64,000 bases of DNA from an uncultured bacterium (GTDB taxonomy: Bacteria; Chloroflexota; UBA5177; JANWHV01). This document shows positions 10,135 through 19,764 of the stretch, one piece after another (positions within the stretch are counted from its first letter, which is position 1; every line of letters begins with the position of its first letter). Position numbers and translations under genes: made by a program. Below the pieces are notes generated by a model. That model did not search any database, was not told where the DNA came from, and was given only the letters and a program-made list of their open reading frames with translations. The stretch covers positions 160,001-224,000 of the forward strand of contig CAWHAE010000014.1 in the NCBI GenBank assembly GCA_963827235.1, written 5' to 3'.

Positions 10135-11010
10135 TCAAGCCGATCGCTCGTCACCCGATGCCGCGCCCACCGGTCGTACAGGAAGCGGCGCATCCCCGCC
10201 TTGGTTATCGGCGAGTGGCGGCGGCGAGCCCATCTCCTTCGAGAACAAGCCGGCGACATCGCGCACGGCCGCCGCGAGCTGCGGCAAGCGTTGGCTCGTC
10301 AGCCGGGCGCTCGGACCTGAGATGCCGATTGACGCCACGATTCTGCCGTCGTGCGCTCGCAAGGGCGCCGCCAGGCAGCGGACCCCTGCGTGAAGCTCCT
10401 GGTCGTCGCAGGCGTAGCCGGCGGCGCGAGACCGCGCGAGCTCCACCTGCAGATCATGCAGGCCGGTAATCGTCGTGTCCGTGAAGCGTGGCAGCGGCTC
10501 GACGTCGAAGAGCTTTCGAAGCTGGTGCTCATCGTGATCGATGAGCAGTGCCTTACCCACGGCCGTACAATGCGCGGGTTCGGCCGTCCCGACAGTCGTT
10601 TCCACGCGAAGGAGCGCTGTAGCTGTCTCGCGGCAGACGAAAACGACCTTTGCACCGCTCAGTACGGCCAGGTGCGCGCTTTCCCCCGTACGCGCCACCA
10701 GATCGACCAGATGCCTTCCGGCGAGAGAGACCACGTCGAGTTTGCGCAGCAAGGCGCCGGCAATGGCCAGAGACTCGAAGCCCAGCGAGTACTTGCGGCC
10801 GCGTGCCTCCTGAATCACGAATCCGTAGCTCTCCAGGGTGGCCAATATGCGGTAGCTGGAGCTTGGATCCACGTCCAACCTCGCCGCGAGATCGCTGACT
10901 CCCAGGGGCCCTTCGCTCCGAGCCAGGATTCTCAACGTCTCGAGACCTCGCGCCAGGGAGTTGATCACCGCCGGCCCAACCCTCCGCGGACACGAATCGC
11001 TGCCGCGCAC
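10135..11010 (-). CDS. IclR family transcriptional regulator (start may be GTG 10968)
   Basis: SLARGLETL N-terminus, HTH, HCTAVGKALL, GVRCLAAPL, SIGISGP. Confidence 0.93.
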   Translation of the reverse strand: MRGSDSCPRRVGPAVINSLARGLETLRILARSEGPLGVSDLAARLDVDPSSSYRILATLESYGFVIQEARGRKYSLGFESLAIAGALLRKLDVVSLAGRHLVDLVARTGESAHLAVLSGAKVVFVCRETATALLRVETTVGTAEPAHCTAVGKALLIDHDEHQLRKLFDVEPLPRFTDTTITGLHDLQVELARSRAAGYACDDQELHAGVRCLAAPLRAHDGRIVASIGISGPSARLTSQRLPQLAAAVRDVAGLFSKEMGSPPPLADNQGGDAPLPVRPVGAASGDERSA

Positions 11011-11037
11011 TCGGCGCTATTTCGAAGGCGGCACGCT

Positions 11038-11052
11038 TTTCATTATACGCAA
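11038..11052 (-). promoter_or_regulatory. -10 box (TATAAT) overlapped by an IclR-type operator
   Basis: TTTCATTATACGCAA fits the TTnCRY-N3-RYGnAA dyad; TATAAT on the minus strand at 11042-11047. Confidence 0.6.
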
Positions 11053-11134
11053 CAGGCTGGTGGCATGCGCAAACCCGGGCAGATGGTGCGCGCGCAAGGT
11101 TCCCCGCGGTCGCACCATCTGCTCGGCCTCACGC

Positions 11135-14100
11135 TCAGCCCAGCCGCACCCGGAACGACCGCACCGCAAAGGGAGTCAAGTCGAAGGAGAGCGAGCCGCC
11201 GCTCACGTGAAGATCGGTAACGCCGGCCTCAGGGTCCTCCAGGATGGTCACCGGCAACGCCCGTGATATGGAAGTGGCGAAGGTCAGCTCGGTTCGCTCT
11301 CGGCCGCCTGTGCACTCGTAGACGCGCACGATCATGCCGTCCCCGTCCTCGGCCGGTTTGACCGTGTCGATCACCGCGTGACGGCTCGCCGTACGAACCA
11401 GCGACTGGGATAATGCCATTCCGCCGGCGGCGGTCTGGCGCACACGCGTCGAGACGGGCAGATTGAGGGCGTAGGCAGCTTGAACCGTATCGGAGATCAT
11501 CCAATCCGGCCCGTGCGGGAGCAGCGCGTAGGTGAAGCAGTGCGTGCCCTGGTCGGCCTCGGCATCGGGGTAGATGCCGGACTTCAGCAGAGTCAGTCTG
11601 AGTGTAGAGTCCCGGCAGTCGTAGCCATACTTTGCGTCGTTGAGCAAGCTAACGCCGTACCCGGCCTCCGACAGGTCAGCCCAGCGATGGCCCGCTACCT
11701 CGAATTGCGCGGTTTCCCAAGACGTGTTGCGGCGTGTCGATCGCTCTACCCAACCGAAGGCGCACTCGTAGGTCGCCCGCGGCGCCCGCACGTTGAGCGG
11801 GAACGCGGCTTTGAGCAGCACCTGGTGATGATGCCAGGAGATCCGCGTCTGGAAGTCTATGCGCGGCAGATCGGCGTGCAAGAGTATTCTCTGCCGGATC
11901 GTCGAGCCATCCCAGGCCCGGAGCAACTCGACCCCGGCACGCAACGGCCCATGCTCGACCACCTTGACATCCTCGAGCTCTCCGACCTCCCAGCATTTCT
12001 CACCGTAGGTTTCGTCGAGCTCCCAGGCGTCAAAGTCCACCGGCTTGTCCTCAAATGCGAGCAGACGATTGCCCAGCTCGCCGGGTAGCAGCACTTCGCG
12101 CCGGAATCGCTTGTCGTAGATGCGGTTGATCCTGCCGTTTTGGTCGAGCGAGAGGCTGAAGTACCGATTCTCCAAACCGTGCTCGTTGGCGACGAGCTCC
12201 TTGTCAGTGGCGCCGCCCGGCGCGGGGCTACCGAGGCCCGCCACGGCGTATCCCATGGCAGGCAACCGCAGCCCGCCGACCAGCAGGCTCTCTCGCCCGT
12301 CCAGATTGGCCACCCTCTGGGTCGGTAGCGCGCCGCCGTCCGCGCCGAGCAGCGAGCGATCGCCGATCTCGGCTGCGTCCCCTTCGACGTCTACCCGACT
12401 CCAGGGCAGGCTGCTAAAGAACACGGCAGCCTCATCCGGCCCGGCGACCCTCGGGGCCAGCTCATCCTGCGCCTCGCGGCGGACCTCCGCTGCAAGCTCC
12501 CGCACGTGCGCGTGATCTCGAGCCTGGTCGGCGTAAACCTCTCCCACCGATGAGCCCGGCAATATGTCGTGGAACTGATTCAGCAGCAACAGCTCCCACG
12601 CCTCCGCGAGCCGGGCTTGCCAGCGGGACGAATCCGCCCCGCGCGCCGCCGCCCAGCTTGCCCAGAGCTCGGCATCGTGCAGCGCATGCTCGCCGCGCCG
12701 ATTGCCTGCCTTGGCACCGGCCTGGCTCGTGTAGACGCCGCGGTGGTACTCGAGATACATTTCGCCATCCCAGACCGGCGTGCGCGGATTCGCGATCAGG
12801 CGGGCGTGCAGATCCTTGAGAAACTCGACCGCCGATCCCTGTCTGACCGCGGGAAGGCCAGGATACGCCTGCATGCGAGCCGCCGCCTCGAGCATCTCCT
12901 CCGTGGGACCTCCGCCTCCGTCCCCAAAGCCGAATGGGTAGAGAACCGAGTCGCTGAGCGCCTTGTCCCGGTACCGCGTCCAGGCGCTGCCGATCTCGTA
13001 CACCGTGAAATGCCCGTTGTAGGTGGCGATTTCCCACAGGGGATTGTCAGTGTCGGCTATCCAGCGCTCCACTCGCGGGTCGATACCGGAGGTGATGAAA
13101 AACGCCAGCACTTCCGATCCGTCCAGCCCGCGCCAGCGGAATGTATCGTGAGGCATCACGTTGGTCGTGTTCCAGGAAAGCTTGCTGGTCACGAACGTGT
13201 GCACGCCGGCGCTGCGCATCAGCCCGGGAAGAGCGCCGCTGTAGCCGAAAGTGTCTGGCAGCCAGAGAATCTCGCACCTTGCGCCGAAGCGTTTTGTGGA
13301 TTCGCGCTGGCCGTAGACAAACTGGCGCACCATGGATTCGCCCGAGGTCAGATTGACGTCCGGCTCCACCCACATCGCGGCGGCCGGCTCCCAGCGGCCC
13401 TCGCGTACCCTGGCAAGAATCTGCCGGTAAAGGGCAGGCTCGTCCTCTTCGATCCACCTGTACTGTTGAGCCTGGCTGGCAAGAAATCGATAGGCCGGAT
13501 AACGATCCATCAGGCGCAGCACGGTGGACCACGAACGGGCTACCTTCCTGCGCGTCTGGTCCAGCGGCCAGAGCCAAGCGGTGTCAATATGGGCATGTCC
13601 AATGGCGAGCACCGTGGGCTGTGCGCCAAACCGCCCCGCGAGGCCGTGCATACCGTCTGCCAGTATGGACAATGCTTTCTCGACACTCGTCCAATATGAT
13701 GCTGAGCCCGGCCGGCGGCGGTCGACAGCGCCTTCGGCGGCCAGCAGAACCTCGGCCAGCGCTCTCCGGGCAGGGTTATCCTCGGGAAGATAGCGCAGCG
13801 TGTCCGATCCGAGCAGCAGATCGTATGCCAGCGCCTCACCCTGCTTGCTGACCAGCTCCAGTCCGCATGCGCCGATCTCGCAGACCGTTCCGGGCTCCCG
13901 GGGAGCCGTGCCTTCGCCGACCGCATACTCCTCGACGAGAACCACGTGCTCCGCGCCGTCGTTTGCCGAGCTCGGCAAGGTGATGGTGAGGTGATTAGCG
14001 TCCAGGCCCTGCCACGGCATACCGTCCAGGTAGGCCATGCCCTGCCCGCCCAGCTCGAGTCTCAGGCGCACGGGTGACTCCCGCCAGGCCGCTGGTATCC

Positions 14101-14302
14101 GGAAGCTGGCCTTGAACAGCACCCACGGCTCATCAGCCCCCCAGCGGTCGCGAGAGCGTGCATCCCGCCATTCTCCGCCGCTCTCGACCGCGCTACGTCT
14201 GCCGTTCCGCAGCTGTAGCCGCGCCAGTGGTGCTCGCTCCAGCACCGCGGATTCCAGTTGCTCCAGTGCCCGGGCTCGCAGTCTGCGCCCCGTCTGATCC
14301 AT
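11135..14302 (-). CDS. GH38 alpha-mannosidase
   Basis: GHAHIDTAWLWP, WLPDTFGY, GFGDGGGGP, GEMYLEYHRG, NQFHDILPGSS; ATG 14302 follows GAGGGAG (track start 14326). Confidence 0.95.
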   Translation of the reverse strand: MDQTGRRLRARALEQLESAVLERAPLARLQLRNGRRSAVESGGEWRDARSRDRWGADEPWVLFKASFRIPAAWRESPVRLRLELGGQGMAYLDGMPWQGLDANHLTITLPSSANDGAEHVVLVEEYAVGEGTAPREPGTVCEIGACGLELVSKQGEALAYDLLLGSDTLRYLPEDNPARRALAEVLLAAEGAVDRRRPGSASYWTSVEKALSILADGMHGLAGRFGAQPTVLAIGHAHIDTAWLWPLDQTRRKVARSWSTVLRLMDRYPAYRFLASQAQQYRWIEEDEPALYRQILARVREGRWEPAAAMWVEPDVNLTSGESMVRQFVYGQRESTKRFGARCEILWLPDTFGYSGALPGLMRSAGVHTFVTSKLSWNTTNVMPHDTFRWRGLDGSEVLAFFITSGIDPRVERWIADTDNPLWEIATYNGHFTVYEIGSAWTRYRDKALSDSVLYPFGFGDGGGGPTEEMLEAAARMQAYPGLPAVRQGSAVEFLKDLHARLIANPRTPVWDGEMYLEYHRGVYTSQAGAKAGNRRGEHALHDAELWASWAAARGADSSRWQARLAEAWELLLLNQFHDILPGSSVGEVYADQARDHAHVRELAAEVRREAQDELAPRVAGPDEAAVFFSSLPWSRVDVEGDAAEIGDRSLLGADGGALPTQRVANLDGRESLLVGGLRLPAMGYAVAGLGSPAPGGATDKELVANEHGLENRYFSLSLDQNGRINRIYDKRFRREVLLPGELGNRLLAFEDKPVDFDAWELDETYGEKCWEVGELEDVKVVEHGPLRAGVELLRAWDGSTIRQRILLHADLPRIDFQTRISWHHHQVLLKAAFPLNVRAPRATYECAFGWVERSTRRNTSWETAQFEVAGHRWADLSEAGYGVSLLNDAKYGYDCRDSTLRLTLLKSGIYPDAEADQGTHCFTYALLPHGPDWMISDTVQAAYALNLPVSTRVRQTAAGGMALSQSLVRTASRHAVIDTVKPAEDGDGMIVRVYECTGGRERTELTFATSISRALPVTILEDPEAGVTDLHVSGGSLSFDLTPFAVRSFRVRLG

Positions 14303-14458
14303 CAACCATACTCCCTCGGTGGTCAATCCTCACCCGTTACTGTGCCGCCGGCACACCCGCGTAAGCGTCCGGCTTGCCGAGATCGACGAACTGCGGCCAG
14401 GGCCATGCCAGTCCCGCCGGTGCCTCCGCAGAAGCACCATCGCGTGGACGCGCTACGC

Positions 14459-15283
14459 TCATCCCTTCGTTCCGCCGACGTTGAGACCCTTGACGAAGAA
14501 TCGCGAGACAAACATGTACAGTGCCACCGCCGGCAGAGCATACATCATGGCGTACGCCGCGATCTGGGCGTAGTTCACCTGGCCATAATTGCTGAACAGA
14601 CTGAACAGCTGTACAGATGCTGGGAATTTGTCGGGACTGCTGAAGATGATGAATGGCACGAAGAAATTCGTGTAAGCGTTGACGAAGCTGAAGATGCCCA
14701 CCACGGCAATGCCGGGCGCGCACAGTGGTAGCACGACGCGCACGAACGATCCGAGCGTCGTGCAGCCATCCACCCAGGCAGCTTCCTCCAGCTCTATGGA
14801 GACGGAGTCCAGGAAGTTTTTCATCAGCCACATGTTGAAAGGCAGTCCGGAGGCCACGAAGAACAGCACCACACCCGGAGTGGAGTCGATGAGGCTAAGG
14901 CGAACGTAGAGCGCATAGAGGGGAAAGATCAGTGCCAAAATGGGCAAGCCGGTGCAGAACAGTATCAGGAGCATGACTGTCTGCTTGAAGCGAAAGTGAT
15001 AGCGGGAGAGCGTATAGCCTGCTCCGCAGCTCAGCACGACCATCAGCACCATCGTGCTGAGACCCAATACCAGGCTGTTGCGGAATCCGCTCATGTAGCC
15101 GTTGTCGATCAGGTAGCGAAAGTTATCGACGCTGAATCCCGAGAACCACAGAGTGCCGAGATTGGCATTCAGAGTGAAGCTTGCCACGATGAGCCAGATG
15201 AACGGTAGCACGAAGAAGAGGCCCAGGACAACCAGGATGCCGTAGGCGGCGGCTGAAGACGGGACAAATCTGCGATGTCTCAC
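14459..15283 (-). CDS. Carbohydrate ABC transporter permease (MalG-like)
   Basis: EAA loop ELEEAAWVDG; multiple TM segments. Confidence 0.93.
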   Translation of the reverse strand: MRHRRFVPSSAAAYGILVVLGLFFVLPFIWLIVASFTLNANLGTLWFSGFSVDNFRYLIDNGYMSGFRNSLVLGLSTMVLMVVLSCGAGYTLSRYHFRFKQTVMLLILFCTGLPILALIFPLYALYVRLSLIDSTPGVVLFFVASGLPFNMWLMKNFLDSVSIELEEAAWVDGCTTLGSFVRVVLPLCAPGIAVVGIFSFVNAYTNFFVPFIIFSSPDKFPASVQLFSLFSNYGQVNYAQIAAYAMMYALPAVALYMFVSRFFVKGLNVGGTKG

Positions 15284-15293
15284 TAGAGCGCTC

Positions 15294-16226
15294 CTACACT
15301 TCTACACGCAAGACGCGTATGTAAAGGAGCGAGAGCAGAGCGCCGGCCAGAATGATCAACAAGGCGATCGCCGTCCCGTAGCCAAGCTCGTAGAACTTGA
15401 ACGCGTGCTGGTACATGTAGATGGTCAGCAGTTGGGTGTCGAAGCCCGGTCCGCCGGCAGTCAGCACCTCGACCAGCGTGAAGTCGGAGAGAGTAGCCAG
15501 CGTGATGAGCAGGAGATCCGTGGCGATCGTGCCCTTCAGCAACGGCAAGATCACCAACCGCACGCGAGCCCATAGCCCAGCACCGTCGATCGAGGCGGCT
15601 TCCAGCAGTTCGGGAGCGATGCCTTCCAATGCGGATGAGTAAAGAAGCATGGAGAAAGCCGTGCCGCGCCAGGTGTTGGCCACGATGATCGACGCCATCG
15701 GATAGTCTTGCAGCCAGGCGTGCTGCGGCAGGCCGAATGTCCCGACTATCGTATTGAGCAGGCCGGTCCCTGTGCCGAGGCCCATCATGTCCGCATGGAG
15801 AAACGCAAACCAGAGGTAGCCTGCCACCACATCGGGAATGACCCAGCAGGCGACGATGATGCCGCCCAGGATCGTCTTGAAGAGCGGGCTCCGGTTCTTC
15901 ATCAGCAAAGCGAGCAGCATGCCCAACACAGCCTGGCCGATCAGAGCTGAGCCCACGAGATAGGTTAGTGAAATCCGAAGCGAGTCGAAGAACTGGTGGT
16001 CGTCCAGGATCTGGTGCAGGTTGTCCAGACCGACCCACGACGGATTCGCGGCCCCCGTGCCTGTGAGCGACATATTGGTGAAGCCCACGTAGACCGCGTA
16101 GACCGCCGGGCCCAGGAAGAAGATGAGCAGCACTGCGAAAGCCGGCAGCATAAACAGCATGCCGGCTCTGAAACGACGCCGGGGTTTGGACAGTGCCGGT
16201 ACCGGCTCAACGACGGAGGCCTGCAA
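15294..16226 (-). CDS. Carbohydrate ABC transporter permease (MalF-like)
   Basis: WVGLDN, ELLEAASIDGA, GGPG; TTG start after GAGGAGG. Confidence 0.93.
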   Translation of the reverse strand: MQASVVEPVPALSKPRRRFRAGMLFMLPAFAVLLIFFLGPAVYAVYVGFTNMSLTGTGAANPSWVGLDNLHQILDDHQFFDSLRISLTYLVGSALIGQAVLGMLLALLMKNRSPLFKTILGGIIVACWVIPDVVAGYLWFAFLHADMMGLGTGTGLLNTIVGTFGLPQHAWLQDYPMASIIVANTWRGTAFSMLLYSSALEGIAPELLEAASIDGAGLWARVRLVILPLLKGTIATDLLLITLATLSDFTLVEVLTAGGPGFDTQLLTIYMYQHAFKFYELGYGTAIALLIILAGALLSLLYIRVLRVEV

Positions 16227-16265
16227 GGCCGTACTCCTCCTCTTTACGTGTCTGAGTCCGGGCAA

Positions 16266-16302
16266 GGCAGTCCCCGTCGCCGAGCCGGAAACGGGGACTG
16301 CC
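16266..16302 (-). terminator. Intercistronic hairpin between solute-binding protein and permease genes
   Basis: 12-bp arms GGCAGTCCCCGT / ACGGGGACTGCC; this position commonly stabilises SBP mRNA. Confidence 0.6.
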
Positions 16303-16338
16303 CGAACCTCTTCTATGCGGGCTCAGAAAGGCTGCCGA

Positions 16339-17709
16339 TCAGCGCGCTTCCACGTTCGCTGTGCCGGCAATACCTTGTACCGCTGAGGCGTAGTACGACA
16401 TAGCGTCCTTGGCGCTCGTGCCCGACATCACGTTCTCCATCGCCAGGTCAATCTGGTTGGAGATCTTCGGATAGGCCGGGAAGCCCGGCCGGAACTGGGT
16501 GAATGCGACCAGGCTGGTGAAGAATGGATTCATCGGCACGCTGGCGTAGCTCGAGATAGTTGCTTCATCCTTACGCACGCCGATGTTGCCCACCAGCACG
16601 TCGAAGAGGGCCAGATTGTCCGCGGAGTTGGCCGCCTGAAGCACCTTCCACGCGGCATCCTTGTTCGGGCTCTTGGCGGCGATGGAATACGCCCAGCCGC
16701 CCGACAGCGTAACGAAGTACGGAGCCTGCCCGAACTCGGTCGGCATCTTGGCCATGCCCATGACCGACTGCCACTGCGGCCACGGAGAGGCGCCGGACGA
16801 AATCCAGTTGCTCGGCACCCAAGAACCGTCGATGTCGATAGCCAGCTTGCCCTTCGGCAGGAGCTGCTGCGCGACGACGTTGCCGGCCAGGCCGCTCAGC
16901 GCTATGTCACTGGTCGGACCCAGCAGGTCCTTAGGATTGTAGATTGTCTGCACGAAGTTCAGCGCATTCAGGAAACCTGTGCTCGACTCCACCCACTTGT
17001 TCGTCTTGTAGTCGTAGAGCGGGTCTTTGGTGCCGTACAGAAGCATCTCAAAGCCCTGCATCGTCGATGCTTCATCCATCGGAATGCCTGAATAGAGGTT
17101 GATCGGCACGACGTTCGGCACCTTGGCCTTGATCGTGCGTGCGGCCGAGAGAATATCGGCCCAGTTCTTCGGCTGCCAGGTGGTCGGTAGACCGGCCTTG
17201 GCGAAGATCTGCTTGTTATACCAGATGCCGCGAACGTCCGTGCCGTTCATGACGCCGTAGTTCACGCCCTTGAACGTAGTGATCGACTGCATGCCCGGAT
17301 AGAACTGTTGTGCATACTCCGGCCAGGCGGCAAGATACTTGCTTAGCGGCGCTAGGTAGCCCGCCGTAGCATCCGAGCCGACCAGGAAGCTGTCTTCCTT
17401 CACCAGGTCGGGCGCGGTACTGGACGAGCGCATCATCAGATCGATCTTGGTGTAGTAGTCACCTTCCGACGCCACGATCACTTCCGGCTTGATCTTGATG
17501 CCAGGGTTCGCGGCTTCGATGGCGGGGATGATCTGATTCCACCACTTGAGATCCTCGTATCCCGACGGATTCCCCAGCTCCTGGAATGCCACGGTGATCG
17601 TTACCGGGTTCGCCGCGTGAGCCCTACCGCTGGACTGGAAGATCAGGCCGGGAACGACGAACACGCCTAGAAGTGCTACACGCGCCAGCTTCGAGCGAAC
17701 GCCTTTCAT
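16339..17709 (-). CDS. Sugar ABC transporter solute-binding protein (family 1)
   Basis: Signal peptide ending AHA; APDL, WYNK.IF.KAGL, SGGWAYSI; strong GAGGAGG RBS. Confidence 0.93.
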   Translation of the reverse strand: MKGVRSKLARVALLGVFVVPGLIFQSSGRAHAANPVTITVAFQELGNPSGYEDLKWWNQIIPAIEAANPGIKIKPEVIVASEGDYYTKIDLMMRSSSTAPDLVKEDSFLVGSDATAGYLAPLSKYLAAWPEYAQQFYPGMQSITTFKGVNYGVMNGTDVRGIWYNKQIFAKAGLPTTWQPKNWADILSAARTIKAKVPNVVPINLYSGIPMDEASTMQGFEMLLYGTKDPLYDYKTNKWVESSTGFLNALNFVQTIYNPKDLLGPTSDIALSGLAGNVVAQQLLPKGKLAIDIDGSWVPSNWISSGASPWPQWQSVMGMAKMPTEFGQAPYFVTLSGGWAYSIAAKSPNKDAAWKVLQAANSADNLALFDVLVGNIGVRKDEATISSYASVPMNPFFTSLVAFTQFRPGFPAYPKISNQIDLAMENVMSGTSAKDAMSYYASAVQGIAGTANVEAR

Positions 17710-17901
17710 TATTCCTCCTCATGACGGGATGACATGGCAATTGCCGGACAGGCAACTACTGCCTTGAACGGACCTGAGACTAGCGGTCATCCTTCGACCC
17801 AAGCATTCCTCGCTGTGCCCGGTGCCTCCTTTCCAGCCATGGACACCGGATGAATTTGCCTTAGCAAATTCATCCGTGTTACGCTTGTTCGCAACGACGG
17901 C

Positions 17902-17930
17902 AGTCTAGACCATGCATGGTAGATTGTCAA
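17902..17930 (-). promoter_or_regulatory. Sigma70-type promoter of the ABC/GH38 operon with a palindromic operator in its spacer
   Basis: TTGACA-17 bp-TAGACT on the minus strand; ACCATGCATGGT at 17909-17920. Confidence 0.75.
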
Positions 17931-17947
17931 GAGGAGGCGAAACGTTC

Positions 17948-19105
17948 GTGTCGCGCGAATCGCTACCTGAGCTATTTGATAAGGCAAATCGCACTCGTCA
18001 CACCGGGGCCTCTCAGGCGCGATTCCGTCAGATAGCTGAATCACTCAAGCAAGGCATACTGAGCGGCGTGTATCAGCCAGGTGATCACCTGCCCACCGAG
18101 ATGGAGCTGGCCCGCGAGCATCAGGTGAGCAGGGTGACCGCGGCCTCGGCGCTTACCGAACTGGCACGGGCGGGTCTGGTCACGCGCACCCCGCGTCGCG
18201 GCACCGTGGTGCGAGAGAATGCCAGGTATGCGCGAGTAGCGGCCCAACCGCTGGTCGCCTGGATCGTTCGCAGGATCGAGACGACGTTCAACCTGAGCGT
18301 CCTGCAGGGCATCCAGCGCGGCGTGAAGGAGGCGGGATTCGGCTTGCTGCTTATACAAAGCGGCGAAACGCACGTGGAGGAGGCTGCCGCCATCCGCGAG
18401 GCGGTAGCGGAAGGCTCCGCCGGCATCATGCTCTTTCTGCAGGACGGCGAAAGCTACAACGCGGAGGTGCTGCGGCTCGTACTGGCCAATTACCCGGTAG
18501 TGTTGGTAGACCGCTACTTGCGTGGCGTGCACTGCGCGGTGGTCTCCAGCGATAACGAGGGCGGATCACACCAGCTGGTACACGAGCTGCTCGCCGCGGG
18601 GCACCGGAGAATCTGCCTTATCACCTTCCCCCCGGGACACACGTCGACCATCGAGGACCGGGTCCGGGGATACGTGCGAGCGCTTACGCTGGCCGGCGCG
18701 CCCGTCGACTACACACTGCACTACGTGGTCAGCAGCGAGGAGGAAGCGGCCGTCTGGGAGCCGGGGACCCACGTCGTCCAGGCCTTTGCAGAATTCCTGC
18801 GCTGCCATGCGGACGTTACCGCGGTCTATGCTACCAACGCGTTCCTCGGCTTGGTTGCCTTCCGCGCCATCGAGTTGTTGTGCTTGCGCATTCCCGAGGA
18901 CGTATCGTTCATCTGTATCGACCCGCTGGAAGCCATCCCCATGACCCTGCCGGCCATGACATGCGGCCTGCAGCAGGGCGAGGCGATTGGCAGAACCGCC
19001 GTATCGCTGCTCCAGGAGATGCTGGTCGGCAAGCCACCGCGCACGGTGCTCCTGCCCATGCTCGTGCGCAGACAAGGATCGATCGCTACACCTGGACGCC
19101 GGTGA
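17948..19105 (+). CDS. GntR-HTH/LacI-sensor hybrid regulator (AraR-like)
   Basis: LPTEMELAREHQVSRVT wHTH followed by PVVLVDR, SDNEGG, GHRRI, IPEDVS. Confidence 0.92.
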   Translation: MSRESLPELFDKANRTRHTGASQARFRQIAESLKQGILSGVYQPGDHLPTEMELAREHQVSRVTAASALTELARAGLVTRTPRRGTVVRENARYARVAAQPLVAWIVRRIETTFNLSVLQGIQRGVKEAGFGLLLIQSGETHVEEAAAIREAVAEGSAGIMLFLQDGESYNAEVLRLVLANYPVVLVDRYLRGVHCAVVSSDNEGGSHQLVHELLAAGHRRICLITFPPGHTSTIEDRVRGYVRALTLAGAPVDYTLHYVVSSEEEAAVWEPGTHVVQAFAEFLRCHADVTAVYATNAFLGLVAFRAIELLCLRIPEDVSFICIDPLEAIPMTLPAMTCGLQQGEAIGRTAVSLLQEMLVGKPPRTVLLPMLVRRQGSIATPGRR

Positions 19106-19367
19106 CCGGGTGGATGCCCGAGACCGAGGACTTGCATGAGAAGGCCGGAAGGACGTGACGGCAGCTACGAATTGACCGCTGGACAGCGAGGCAGGCATGC
19201 GATATACACTAATCGTCGCGGAGGGCCCGGATCGTTCCGCATCTCGGCTTCGGCTATCCCGGCCCGAAGCAGCGGCTGTGAACGTGAATCGGCGCGCCAG
19301 CCCCCGGGAGAGCGCCCGGCTGCTGCCCGGCAGCTGTCGCGAGAATAACCCGCAGAGGAGTACACTG

Positions 19368-19724
19368 ATGTCTCAAGTCCTGGTCGTCGACGACGACGAG
19401 ATGATCCGCGACTACGTCGACATGGCGCTACAGGGTGCAGGTCACGAGGTTGTTCAGGCGGCCCACGGCGCGGAAGCGCTGGCGGTGCTTGACGGTATAT
19501 CACCCGACATGATCCTGCTGGATATGCGGATGCCCATGATGGACGGCTGGGAATTTGCCGAGCGCTATCGCGCCAAGCCCGGCCGAAAGGTGCCGATCGT
19601 GGTAATGACCGCGGCTGCCGATGCCGCGGCCCGGGCCGCGCAGGTCCAGGCCGACGCCTTCCTTGCCAAGCCGTTCAGCCTGGTGGCGCTGTGCGATTGC
19701 GTCGAGAGACACTCGGCCGGCTGA
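19368..19724 (+). CDS. Single-domain response regulator (REC)
   Basis: VLVVDDD, ILLDMRMPMMDG, VMTA, LAKPF; GAGGAG RBS. Confidence 0.92.
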   Translation: MSQVLVVDDDEMIRDYVDMALQGAGHEVVQAAHGAEALAVLDGISPDMILLDMRMPMMDGWEFAERYRAKPGRKVPIVVMTAAADAAARAAQVQADAFLAKPFSLVALCDCVERHSAG

Positions 19725-19764
19725 TTTTCACCACTACGCCCAGCCCTCCGAGGCCCAGCGATCC

